From Octopus sinensis (taxonomy: Eukaryota): a DNA stretch of 64,000 nt. Shown here in pieces: positions 42,953 to 55,750 of the stretch (the stretch's first letter is position 1; every line of letters starts with the position of its first letter). The notes beneath the pieces are model-generated. The model was given only the letters and a program-made list of their open reading frames with translations, had not been told where the DNA came from and ran no database searches. The stretch lies in assembly GCF_006345805.1 (NCBI RefSeq), contig NC_043000.1, forward strand, positions 112,840,001 through 112,904,000. Direction: 5' to 3'. A program made the translations under genes and the position numbers.

Positions 42953-43654
42953 GCATTCACTGACACACACACACATATATGCATGCATACATAAAGAATA
43001 TATTACTGCGAAAGCCACCCATGTGATAGGCCAGATAAATTTAATCAGACCCCACTGACAAACATCAAAGAACCATTCTCCGTATGCCGCAAACCATGTT
43101 ATTCCATTTCCCAGGAATTAAGCAAATTTATTTGCGTGAGTTTGCTGTATTCTACAGAACGGAGCATACGGAACACCATACAGACATATGCGTGCAACAC
43201 ACTCCAATATTGCACATGCATTACAGGAACACCACACATAGCTTGTGTTGACACAAATGCTGATACATACACAGAATACACACATATATATATATATACA
43301 TATTTACATAAATATATATATATATATGCATATATACACACATATATATACATATATAGATATGTATGCATATGTATATATGTATGTATATATGGCTGTG
43401 TGTGTATTATCTGCAATGTTATCTATTTAATCGATCTTCATCTTGGTTTATCCTACTAATATCGCTTCCTTAAACTTTCAATTAGATCTCCTTACCATTC
43501 TTCCAGGCAACTTTTACTTCCAATGACGTGGTTCTGTGCTTGCCCCGACATGAGGAATTCTCTCTGCTCACCACACTTTGAGTCCCTCACCCTGCCACTC
43601 TCTCTTTCTCATTCCCGTTGTCTCTCTCTCTATATATATATACGTATATATATA

Positions 43655-43690
<36 letters not shown>

Positions 43691-44047
43691 TACAAATATA
43701 TATGTGTTGGGGGGCGTGTGTCTATATATATGTGTGTGTCTACATACATGTTAACACAGGCACGTAGACGTGCATACACAGTGGCACACATATATACATA
43801 CACACATTTGTATATATTAATAGACTGATATAGCATCGACACGTGCGTGTATAAATATACAAATTCATATACACATATATATCAGTTTCTCTGTATTATG
43901 TCTCCACACGACTGTCTGTATGTGTGTCTGTCTCTTGATCTCTCTCTCTATATATATGTGTGTATGTGTGTGTGCATACACAAAGGGAGAGAGGGAGATG
44001 TGTTTGTACATCCTTATGTGTGAGTGTTGGTGTGCGTGCGTGCGTGA

Positions 44048-44081
<34 letters not shown>

Positions 44082-44103
44082 GTTATATAACTCAGAGATA
44101 GAT

Positions 44104-44290
44104 AAGGTGACGAGCTGGCAGAATCTAGCAGCCTTAACGTTCTGAGTTCAAATTCCGCCGAGATCGACTTTCCCTTTCATCCATTTGGGGTCGATAAATT
44201 AAGTATTAGTTGCGTACTGGAATCGATCTAATCAACTGGACCCCCTCCCTCTAAGTTTCGGGTCTTTTGCCTAGGATAGAAAGAATTATG
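44104..44290 (+). mobile_element. SINE family B with head deletion
   Basis: GGTGACGAGCTGGCAGAATC...GAGTTCAAATTCCGCCGAGATCGACTTTCCCTTTCATCCATTTGGGGTCGATAAATTAAG. Confidence 0.85.
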
Positions 44291-44885
44291 TTTCTCAGAG
44301 ATCTCCATAGCCTTGAAAGCATGATCTCGAATTATTTTCAATTTTCTGACGAAATTAACCTTCAGCTTTCCGACTCCAGGATTGGTTTCCTGTGCATATG
44401 CTCACATCGTATACCACCAAAGTATGTGTGCATATATGTACGTTTCTATATACATATCTATAAGTATGAGTGCCTCTCTTTTGTGTGTGCATGTAGGCGT
44501 GCGCGGATGCGTGTCTTGTGCGTATACTCAATTATCTGCTTATTGCAGTGACCGGTTTCCGAATGATGAGAATATTCCATAAATTTAATTAGATTACAGA
44601 GAAAAATGATGTCGACTGCAAATATTTAGATCAAATGGAGTTTATGATTTTGGAAAAGAAAGAGAAAAAGAGAACATTATTACAAAATAAAATTAAGTTT
44701 TTATTGTATTTTAATTTATTCTAAATTTCAATCATGAAATTAAAAATTATTTTATATTATCACTGGAAATATTTTGTCTATTTTTTTATAATGTGAGTCT
44801 TTTGTTATATTTTCTTCTATGGATAACCCTTTGAAAAGTAAACTAGCATATCACTGTGCATTAGAAGTTTTGTATCCCTTTATGC

Positions 44886-44925
<40 letters not shown>

Positions 44926-46409
44926 CTATATATATATATAATATAGATGTGTGTGTACTTGGGTGTGTGTGTGCGTGTATGTGTATATATATAGATATAA
45001 ATACATAAATACTTCTATATACACATATATGTATTATATATATATATAACATAACTATAAATATGTATATAAATATATGTGTATGTATATGAGTATATAC
45101 ATATACATATGTATATATATAAACATTGAAAGAGAGAGAGAGAGATAGGGAGAGAGAGAGGAGAGAGAGAGAGAGAGAGAGAGGGAGAAAGAAAGAGATA
45201 TTGTGTCATATTGTGTCATAATTTTATTTTTGTGTTCGACGCATAATTTTATATTCCCATGTGGGATTTCCATGTCATGTCGCAGGCCGTATATTTTTTG
45301 TCTCGCGGCACAAAAGCTGCCACTGAGTCTCGTTTAGTCTGCTTACTACACTCGAGTTTGTCCTTAATATGTTCTCTTCAGGTTTTGTGTAAATGTTGAG
45401 ATTCAGTGTCTCTACATCTGGTCGCTTCTGAAGGCTCTCGTGAGTGCTACTGGTAACATGCTTGCTCGGGTCGTCGGCGACTGAACTGCCCCTCCCACCA
45501 ATTAGTCTTGCCTCATGAGAAGTGTTCGAAACCCAGCAGGACGAAAAAGACGATTGTCAAAAGGACAAATGAACTTGGTGTATTATCAACGACTATCTCT
45601 AAATGGCGTAGGCACTCAGAAATTCTGGGTTGGTGTCTGGCATGCTGGAAGACGATTGTGAGTGAGTCACCCCCCCCCAGCTTTTGTTAAAGCATTTGAC
45701 TGGAACCCGCTTCAAATCCACGCTACGTCCGCTTCACTAATCTTCTGCGACGATCGGTAATAGACAGCAAGATGAACAATTACGAATTACACTACTCCAA
45801 TGTTTGTATGCATGTGGCCAGAGACTACATATGAAAATGTATTCATACCGAAACTCCGAACATGATCTCTACGTCTCAAAAGCGAACGACACACTTAGTC
45901 AATGCTGTTACACGTTTTCAGATTTGTTACGAGGCTAGCCTTGTCCCAATTCCTTTGTCTTCTTGCATTCACTTTCTTCTTTAAATAGAAGCAAAGCTAT
46001 ATTTTAAGAAAGACATTGTTCGGCATATGTACGCCGCTTCCAGCCCATGGAAGCTGTAGTTGTTCTGAAAAATTCTGATATTCTTTTGGCAATTAAACTC
46101 GTGATTTGTTACTAGGAAAAATATCAATAATTGTCTGAGATTCTGCTCAAGACTCACAAAATGTGAGACCATCTCTGAACTGACGTTCAGTAATGAATAT
46201 GTTTATGGATCTCCCTACAGGGATATTGTTACTCTTGCCATATTATTTTGAAGTCTTCGAGATAGATTTCAATTTTTAGGCTTATATTCCGAAGTAGACG
46301 CTTCCATTTAATTGCTTCTAAGCGTTTGTCCAGCACAGAGGAAGAGAAATAACTCAGAAACTGTTGGTCTGCTGGTACTGCCAACGACTAGAAGAGAGCA
46401 GTTTGTTTA

Positions 46410-46680
46410 ACGCATTTGAACTGAGAACGTAAAATCTGAAGAAATTCTGCTAAGCATTTTGGTCGGTATGTTAAAGATTCTCTCAGCTCGCCCACATTTG
46501 TTTCGAGTATAATACTGGATTCAGATTTTGGCATAAGGCCAGCAATTTCGAAAGATGACGTAAGTAGACTACCTGGACATCAGTGCTCACCTGTTACTTA
46601 TATTACCGGAAAGGATGAAAGGCAAAATCGACTTCGGCCAAATTTGAACTCAGACCATCAAGCGAACGAAATTCCGTTAA
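46410..46680 (-). mobile_element. Two diverged SINE family B fragments
   Basis: TTTGAACTGAGAACGTAAAA...CAGCTCGCCC and GAAAGGATGAAAGGCAAAATCGACTTCGGCCAAATTTGAACTCAG. Confidence 0.7.
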
Positions 46681-46734
46681 TCAGTGTGATATTAATCCTT
46701 TCATCTTAAAATAGTTTTATATTTAAGAGATGAT

Positions 46735-46899
46735 GAATTATGTAAATTATGTACATTATTTACATTATTTACATTTGACGGATATTTGTCCTCATCTTTT
46801 TTTATTTGTCCTCATCTTCATCAGGTGTCTTGGGGAAATTTCGAACCTGTGTATTTTTCGATGTTATTAATATACCCAAGGGCATATGGCGTAGTAGAT
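46735..46899. mobile_element. Fragment of the tRNA-head/HHR-tail SINE: minus-strand tail followed by plus-strand head, truncated by gap
   Basis: ATTATTTACATTTGACGGATATTTGTCCTCATC...CTTCATCAGGTGTCTTGGGGAAATTTCGAACC, then GGGCATATGGCGTAGT. Confidence 0.75.
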
Positions 46900-46999
46900 N
46901 NNNNNNNNNNNNNNNNNNNNNNNNNNNNNNNNNNNNNNNNNNNNNNNNNNNNNNNNNNNNNNNNNNNNNNNNNNNNNNNNNNNNNNNNNNNNNNNNNNN
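46900..46999. other. Assembly gap (100 N)
   Basis: Exactly 100 N, typical scaffolding placeholder of unknown true size. Confidence 0.98.
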
Positions 47000-47375
47000 T
47001 AAGTCCGAAATCGGATTAATTGGCAACGAAATTTTAAGTAAGATTAATTACAACCTTAAGAATGCAACTGACTTCCAACAATGGTATAATAGTAGCAGTG
47101 CCAATTATTTGAATAATGGTAATAAGGTAATTATATTTTGATTCCCTCATTTTGGTTCTTGGAGTTTTTATATTTTAAACCTGAGTATTTAAATCCCCAC
47201 CCGATCACTTAGACATACATCACTATGGAAGATGACGAAACAGAGATGATCTTGCATGCTAGAACAAAGCTATAGTTTTCAAGCTTCTTTCTTGGTTAAG
47301 AATATTCACCGCAGAGAATTGATTTCATATAAGTTCGATGATGTGCGACTGAGCGGAGAGATATGGTTATATGGG

Positions 47376-47776
47376 TCTAGATACCTATTTCTTTACTACC
47401 CACAAGGGGCTAAACACAGAGAGGACAAACAAGGACTGACAAACGGATTAAGTCGATTACATCAACCCCAGTGCATAACTAGTACTTAATTTATTGATCC
47501 CGAAAGGATGAAAAGCAAAAGTCGACCTCGGCGGAACTTGAACTCAGAACGTAACGGCAGACGAAATACCTATTTCTTTATTACCCACAAGGGGCTAAAG
47601 ACAGAGGGGACAAACAAGGACAGACATAGGTATTAAGTCGATTACATCGACCCCAGTGCGTAACTGGTACTTAATTTATCGACCCCGAAAGGATGAAAGG
47701 TAAAGTCGACCTCGGCGGAATTTGAACTCAGAACGTAACGGCAGACGAAATACCGCTAAGCATTTCTAGATACCTA
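47376..47776 (-). mobile_element. SINE family B dimer, 5'-truncated, with 12-bp target-site duplication
   Basis: TCTAGATACCTA at 47376-47387 and 47765-47776; internal junction CAGACGAAATACCTATTTC at ~47558-47576. Confidence 0.9.
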
Positions 47777-47799
47777 AGACGTATTAATCAACAAAATTG

Positions 47800-48480
47800 C
47801 CATCATAAGCATTGGGCCATGTACAGGTGATAGGCTAGCTCAGTAGTTCTCAAATGGGATCTAAAAGTCCATGCAACAAAATGCTAAATTAAGGATCTAC
47901 AATATTTTTAGAGTCACAGAAAAGATTTTGCTTTAGATGTGAGTCTTGCAAGAAATAGATGGCTTTCTTTCTTTAATGTTTTACATAGTTCGACCAACAG
48001 AAGTCAATGTAGCTGGCGCAGAAGAATAAAAGAAAAGTAATTTTGAAAGAAGTTTCTATAAAACTGATTTTTAGACATCGAATGGTTATGGGGGTCCACC
48101 GAAATAAAAGAGTAATGAATAGGGGCCATAGATAATGGTTGAGAAATTGTTGAGAAATCTTGAGTTTTCTAGAGATAAAAATACCAATGATATACATAGA
48201 TACCTCAAGAAAAGACCTTAAAATATTCAATATTTTTGACCTAGTACAACCATTAAAGCAAGTATTACAATTATCTTTTTACACTTAAAAATCAGTCTAG
48301 CCACAAAATTATACATTTTTTTAGAAACAGATAACAAAAAAATCTATACACATTAGTCTGAGAACGTATCTCACACTTGAAAAATATATCTAATTTGTTA
48401 TCAAGTAAGGAGGTCCATACCCCTAGAATATCCTCTAGACTTTAGAGGGTTAAAAATACAGAACTATCTTATTTAGATGT
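47800..48480 (-). pseudogene. Highly decayed LINE RT C-terminal region
   Basis: Minus-strand YIIGIFISRKLKISQQ resembles the YLG..ID.KL.F..H thumb motif; upstream WL...L...K remnant. Confidence 0.4.
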
Positions 48481-49405
48481 CAAGTCAAATATGTCTAAAA
48501 CATTTTATCATTAATTAATAAATACTTCCTCATTAATAAACAGAAGAAACTTTACAATAACTATAACTTTAAATTAAGTTACAGTTCGGCTACTAACATG
48601 AAGTACTTTATAAATCATTAGACATCGAAATCCCCCGAGGCCAACTTTATAAACGCGAAAACCAACAGATGGCTCCTCACTCAGTTACGCAATAACGAGA
48701 CAATCGTATATGACACGGAATTGCTTCACTCAAATTATACATAAACGCACTAGACATCAAAAGCCACTTCACTTTATATCTAAGCGCCAACGGCATCGAA
48801 CCATTTACTTCATCTCATATTTAGGTAATTTACAAACAACGAAATGGTTTTTGCCTTATGATATTTCATTCTAGGTTTAAAAAAGAATTAGCAAAAATTC
48901 CTTTTTTGTGGATTCTCATCGGCTGAAATTATACAGAATTATTGAACTTGAGGTTCTGGTACCTTTGTAAAACGAGGCAAAAAGTATTGTCTTATTCCTT
49001 TACAGGTTTCAGTCATTAGACTGCGACCTTGCTGGATTACCACCTGGAAGGATTTTGTCGAAGAAATCGCCAACAGCAACCCCCACAAAATTATTATATA
49101 TTATTTTGAAATTAATATATATTATGTTGAAATTATATATTATTTTGAAATCTGGTAATTCTTGCATCGGATTCATTTGAGCAGTGAAATTATAAAGAAT
49201 TAAACAAACCAACAGCGGTTTTTAAGTTGTGCGGCGACGAACATGACATGTCCTTAGATATGTATACACATTCTTTCTTCCTCATTTTTCTCTCCCTCAC
49301 ACGCACATGCTGTCACATACAAACATATATACATATATGTGTGTGTGTGTTTGTATACATATATATATATATATAATCAAAATAAGCAACAAGAATGACT
49401 CCGGT

Positions 49406-49496
49406 AATTTAGTACAATCGTTTCGTACTACATCATTTTATTAAATGTTGTAAGTATTACAACAGATTTAAGATGCTGAGTACTCATCAGCCAATT
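49406..49496 (-). ncRNA. Type I hammerhead ribozyme motif, canonical core, long stem II
   Basis: AAUUGG-CUGAUGA-GUAC[long hairpin]GUAC-GAA-AC GAUU GU-A-CUAAAUU; predicted cleavage 3' of A at 49413. Confidence 0.7.
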
Positions 49497-49609
49497 ATAG
49501 AGGTTTTCCATTAATACAAAAGTTTTCAAATCGAGTGGCAACATTATGTAGATATACAGACAAAGATGTAGATTTAAATTTTAAGAACATATGAGGTAGC
49601 ATATATATA

Positions 49610-49760
49610 TATACGATGAGCTTCTTTCAGTTTGTGTCTGCCAATTCCACTCACAAGACTTTGGTCGGCCCGAGGCCATAGTAGAAGACACTTGCCCAAA
49701 ATGCCACGCAGTGGGACTGAACCAGGAACCAAGTGGTTGGGAAGGAAGCTTCTTACCACA
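49610..49760 (-). mobile_element. SINE family A 5' half
   Basis: GCTTCTTTCAGTTTGTGTCTGCCAATTCCACTCACAAG...GTAGAAGACACTTGCCC...CTTCTTACCACACA. Confidence 0.85.
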
Positions 49761-49774
49761 CATATATGTATGTA

Positions 49775-49829
<55 letters not shown>

Positions 49830-49938
49830 TATATATATATTATATATATTATATACACTATATATTATATATATATATGTATTATATAATCTATCAACGT
49901 ATCTATCTAATCTCTCTGTCTCGCTGTGTATATACACA

Positions 49939-49971
<33 letters not shown>

Positions 49972-51229
49972 ATATATATATATATAATATAATATATATA
50001 TATATTATCTCAAACGAATATTGTTGACAGTGACTTGTAAGTTTCGGCCAGTTAAGTCATACCTGAACTGCAGTCGAGGTCACTGTGAACAATATTCTTG
50101 TTTAAAAATAAATATGTGTTCTACAAAAATATAGAGAAATCCCTAAGATTAATTAAAATACTTTTTTATTATAACTAAGTATAAAAATAAACATTAACAC
50201 ACACACACACTCTACGCGCGCGCACATACACACACATATGAACTCACGCGTGCGCACACACATTTAGATTACAATTTCTTTCACTCACTCTAAATGTTTC
50301 CCTGTATTCATGCATATATCTGTGTGTGTGTGTATGTCAGTATATGTGTGTGTGTATAGATAGAGAGTGGGGGAGGGGGAGAGAGAATGAGAGAGGAAGA
50401 AAGAGAGAGGGAGTTAGAAAGATATTGAAATTATAAAACTAGAAAAAACAACAAGAATTCCAAATAGAATTAGTGCCACCAGCTGTTCAAACCAACAAAG
50501 GTAGATGTTTAGCATTGCCTGTAATGTTCTTAATGATTTGAGATGAGCATTGCTTTAAATAAAATTAATTTTAATCAATTTATATCAATTAATTATGTTT
50601 GTTAATTACGTAATTAATGATGTTTATTCGTAACGAAACAGCTGGTGAAATAATAAAATCATGAAAAGTTTTCTGGAAAAATCTGTTTTTCTTCATTTTA
50701 TTCTCCTAAATTATGCCAATTATGTATATAGACGTGAGCTTTTCTCACTTACCTTTACTACAATAATTAACGATGAATTGAGCTCTTAATTACCGCGAAA
50801 AGATATTCTAAACATCATCTATTTTAACACCCTCCGTTCAGTTATATTAATTATTATTTCCACACTCAAAGAGGTCGAAAAGATTTGTTTTCTTACTTTC
50901 CTTTCATCCAAATTTTGTATCAGCCTTCGCGTTTTTTTCTCGTTTTTCCTCGTGTTTTCTCAGAGACCATCGTCCTGGTTTTTAAATAAATCTAACATTA
51001 GAATTGAAGATATATGGCGTGCTAAATATATCTGCTAATTTAATGTATCTTAAAGTATGAAACAATTAGTAGCTCCTTTGTAATTGTGTATAATAAATTG
51101 TGTGTATAGACACAAAATACAATGTCTCTTTTGCCAATTCCTAAAAGGAAAGTCGGCTGAAAGGCCACTCTTGCGTTTCAAAGACAATCAGAAGCGATGC
51201 AACAATCCCTTTTCTGTTCTATATTTAAG

Positions 51230-51900
<671 letters not shown>

Positions 51901-51902
51901 GT

Positions 51903-52055
51903 GGGCATATGCTATAGTGGTTCGAAATTTACCCAGGTTCGAAATATCCCCAAGACATTTGATGAAGGCTGGAGGGTATATCAGCCGAAACGTTGTGTTA
52001 ACAACAAACAAGTTGAGGACAAATATCCGTCAAATGTAAATAATGTAAATAAGGT
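51903..52055 (+). mobile_element. Second, internally deleted copy of the tRNA/HHR SINE, head-to-head with 51230-51900
   Basis: GGGCATATGCTATAGTGGTT jumps to ACCCAGGTTCGAAAT; GACAT-TTGATGA-A-GGCTG...CAGCC-GAA-ACGT-T-GTGTT. Confidence 0.8.
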
Positions 52056-52452
52056 AAATAATCCCTTTTCATCCTGGAAAAATAAAGCATCAGAACACAA
52101 GCCCTGGCACCAGTCCTGCTTCTCCTCAGTTCAAAGTGAACTCCAGCATCGGGACCAACTTCGTACAAGCATGAAGACAAGCTGCCGTAGCACTGCTCGT
52201 CTAAATGGAAACTTTACCTATCATTGTGTTTTTTGGCAGGAAACAAAGCAGTCCTTGCTGTCCACTCAAGAAAACACATAGCAAACGATCCATAAGCACT
52301 CAAGCTAAATGAGTCCTCAACTTGTTCCATTTGCCAAACGGTTTGCAAGGCCCCAGCAAGCCTCAAGAGACACATGCGTGTCCACAGGACAGAATGACTG
52401 CTTTATTGATCTCTCATTTGTCGTTCACGACAAAGGAACCAGTCATATATAT

Positions 52453-52910
52453 AGGCGCAGGCGTGGCACTGTGGTAAGAAGCTTACGCCCGAACCGCATG
52501 GTTCTGGATTCAGTCACACTACGTGGCACTTTGAGCAAGTCTCTTCTACTATAGCCTCGCGCCAACCAAAGCCTTGGGAGTGGAAACTAAAAGAAGCCCA
52601 TCGCACATGAATATACCAAGCGAATTGAAACCGTCAGCGTTAGCTAATTTCAAAGGAGAAGCCATGGAAATCTAGATTTACTTACCGAGACAGCAACTGA
52701 GTATCGCCTGAGGAGGAGATACATATACATCTTCTTATACAGGTAAATCGTTAAATAATTTAATTTAAACCTAACTTTAAATCTTGTATATACGAGGATC
52801 TGTATGTATCGAAACATTTGCAGTGATTAAAAAGCTGCCAAATCGTACTTACTCTTCCTTTTTACTCTTTTGACTCTTTTACTTTTTACTTATTATATAG
52901 ATATATATTA

Positions 52911-52979
<69 letters not shown>

Positions 52980-53318
52980 ATCCTTAAATCCTTAAAATGT
53001 TTTAGCCCGAAGGCCGCGGCCATGCTGGGGCACCACAGCTGAATGAGCTACACTAATTTGTGAATCCACCTCTGATATGGCACTTGATCAACAAGGGAGT
53101 TCGATGCTGCTGCCCGCATCCGCGTCTCCTGTCGTGAGGTAGGTTCATCTGGGACTCCCGACAAGAAGAGATCCAGTTTAGTTTTTAAGAAAACCCACAT
53201 CCACACCATGTAAGTCTCTCAGGCATTTAGGGAGGAGTTAAAGAGCTGTGGTCCTCTGAAACCCAAGCTGTTGCAGTATCTGGACCTGTATTTTGATGGT
53301 GATGTTGGAATCCTTGGC

Positions 53319-53370
<52 letters not shown>

Positions 53371-53590
53371 CGGTTGTGTGTCTGTGTTTGTTCGCCCACC
53401 ATCGTATTACACCCGATGTCGGTGTGTTTACGTTCCTCGTAACTTAGCGGTTCGGCAAAAAGTGACCGATAGAATAAGTACTAGGCTTACAAAGAATAAG
53501 TCCCCGGGGGTTATTTCTTCGAGTAAAGGCTCCAGCATGGCCACATGGCTGCAGTCAAACGACTGAAAAATTAAGAGAAATAAAAGAATA
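52453..53590 (+). mobile_element. SINE family A split by insertions (5' half 52453-52608, 3' half 53370-53590)
   Basis: Both halves are collinear with the family A consensus and in the same orientation; intervening DNA sits at the internal microsatellite. Confidence 0.7.
52978..53319 (-). mobile_element. 3' stub of a CR1-type LINE, sister subfamily of 23335-25440
   Basis: Revcomp aligns with 25083-25400 (GGTTTCAGAGGACCACAGCTCTT, GGAGTCCCAGATGAACC, GCAGCATCGAACTC); ends in an 8-bp repeat (AAGGATTT)x2 typical of CR1 tails. Confidence 0.88.
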
Positions 53591-53597
53591 TATATGC

Positions 53598-53640
<43 letters not shown>

Positions 53641-53643
<3 letters not shown>

Positions 53644-54335
53644 TTTAACAATTAAGGATAACCTCTTAATAAGGATCTTAACAAGAAATTATCGGGTACT
53701 TAGCGTGAAAACCTCATAAAAGAAAAGAATTCGAAAATAAATTTTTTCTTTTGAACAAATTAATTATATCTATATTGTATAGAGGGCATATAACATAAAT
53801 GCCTCACACTAAGAGGGACAAAGTCATTACTACCAAAATTATACTAATCATACCCAAATGCAGTTTTTCAAGCAAGACATTTAAAAAATGAATTTAATTC
53901 CGTATCACCGTGATTCACATTCAACTTACGTCTTATGATCCTCAGCAGAACTGATTCTGAACACATCATAAATAAACTACCAACATTACGTAGCGAAGAC
54001 GAACAGACAACTGCCCACTCCGGCCAAGCACATGGAATGTTTATAAATCATATATCCGATAAATGGCGGGCTTTTTACGAACTGCATGTCGGGTAATGAA
54101 AAGTATTTCGGAATAAGTTTAACAATTAAGGATAACCTCTTAATAAGGGATCTTAACAAGAAATTATCGGGTAGTTAGCGTGAAAACCTCATAAAAGAAA
54201 AGAATTCGAAAATAATATTTTTCTTTTGAACAAATTAATTATATATGATTAGGTATGATTAGTATAATTTTGGTAGTAATGACTTTGTCCCTCTTAGGTG
54301 TGAGGCATTTATGTGTAATAATGCCTCTATACAAT
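53641..54335. repeat. Composite direct + inverted repeat element (A-B-C-A'-revB)
   Basis: A 53641-53770 ~ A' 54116-54245; B 53771-53857 inverted at 54246-54335. Confidence 0.85.
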
Positions 54336-54438
54336 ATTATATATAATATATATATATATATTATATATATATAATATAATATGTATATATGTATGTATTA
54401 TAAGATATATATATATGTATATATATAGTATTTATATA

Positions 54439-54493
<55 letters not shown>

Positions 54494-55139
54494 TACACAC
54501 GCACCCATGCATATACGTATATAAAAAATTTAGTATGGTCAGGATTTAAATTCGCGCCCTTAGTTTCGTGTGGTGAAAATACGACGGGCGGTCAAGCTTG
54601 AATAGCGTGCAGTATGTTTCCAAGGAAATTATCAGACTCAAATATACAGCATGGTTGGCGTTTGAAAAGAAAAGCTAACGAAAAAAATGATGAGAAGAAG
54701 GTAAAAGTAAAAGTGAAATGAGAAAAACTATAACGTCTAGCAGCTTAGCGTGTATTCTTTTTCTCAAAGACCAGCCATGTTGCATATATTTCAGACAGAA
54801 AGATTGCTTCGAAGCACAGGGTATGCTAAACAAGGTTTCTTCCAACATCATGTTTTCATTGCATTGAACTAATTAAGGCTCGAAGTTAAATCCTGTGTAT
54901 CTCAAATGATATTTATCTCTCGCCGGATGGGCAATATTTTGTTGTTGATTTCGCCATCATGATACACGACCTTGGGTTTCAATGGACTACAGCTCTTCAA
55001 CAACTTCTAGAAAACCTGAGAGTCCAGTATGGAGCGGATGTAGGTGAAAAGGAGAGTGAAATGAGGAGGAGGGGAGGAAAAGGGAGGTGATAGATAATAA
55101 TAATAATAATAACAATAATAATAATAATAATTGTTTTTA

Positions 55140-55395
55140 TTTTTATGTATTAGACATTCACTAGTACAACACCAGAAAAAAAACAAACAAATATATGGCA
55201 CAGAACTTCCAACCTGTTGTCTCTTGAGGTCTCTGGGGGAGACTTGGAGCCAACTTGTACAGACATAAAGCAAAAGTCAAACATAGAATAATAATAATAA
55301 TAATACGAACTTCCAACCTGTTGTCTCTTGAGGTCTCTGGGTGAGACTTGGAGCCAACTTGTACAAATATAATGCAAAAGTCAAACATATAATAA
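55140..55395 (+). mobile_element. Tandem 3' termini of an (AAT)n-tailed element, probably R4/Dong-type
   Basis: 83-bp direct repeats 55203-55285 and 55307-55389 (GAACTTCCAACCTGTTGTCTCTTGAGGTCTCTGGG...GTCAAACATA), each followed by (AAT)n; Dong assignment is inference. Confidence 0.55.
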
Positions 55396-55397
55396 TG

Positions 55398-55445
<48 letters not shown>

Positions 55446-55461
55446 TAATAATAATAATAAC

Positions 55462-55521
<60 letters not shown>

Positions 55522-55574
55522 TTCTTCTTTTTTCTTTTTTTTCACCTCTCTCAAGGAAGGAAGAAAGAAAAGTT

Positions 55575-55750
55575 GAGAGATATGACAGGTCAGCTTGGGA
55601 AGTTAAGCAGTTGTGATCGATGAAAAAGGGAGCAGTAGTACCAATAAGTGCCGGAGCCCTGGGAACAGTGAGCAAAAATCTTGAGAAGTATGTGGAACAA
55701 ATAGGGGCTGCGATAAATGTGGAGCACTTGGAGAAAACAGCACTGCCTTT
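55575..55750 (+). pseudogene. R4/Dong-type RLE C-terminal fragment
   Basis: Translates WEVKQL*SMKKGAVVPISAGALGTVSKNLEKYVEQIGAAINVEHLEKTAL. Confidence 0.8.

Noticed and set aside
45505-45540. CTCATGA-GAA-GTG-TTC-GAAAC hammerhead-like string
   Set aside because: G5 altered, no NUH site or stem I
45700-45900. Minus-strand LWPH...VIRNCSSC resembling a Gypsy integrase zinc-binding motif
   Set aside because: Single short resemblance among stops; no other LTR-element motifs nearby
55203-55389. Direct repeats with spacer resembling a CRISPR array
   Set aside because: 83-bp repeats separated by (AAT)n in a eukaryotic context; no cas genes
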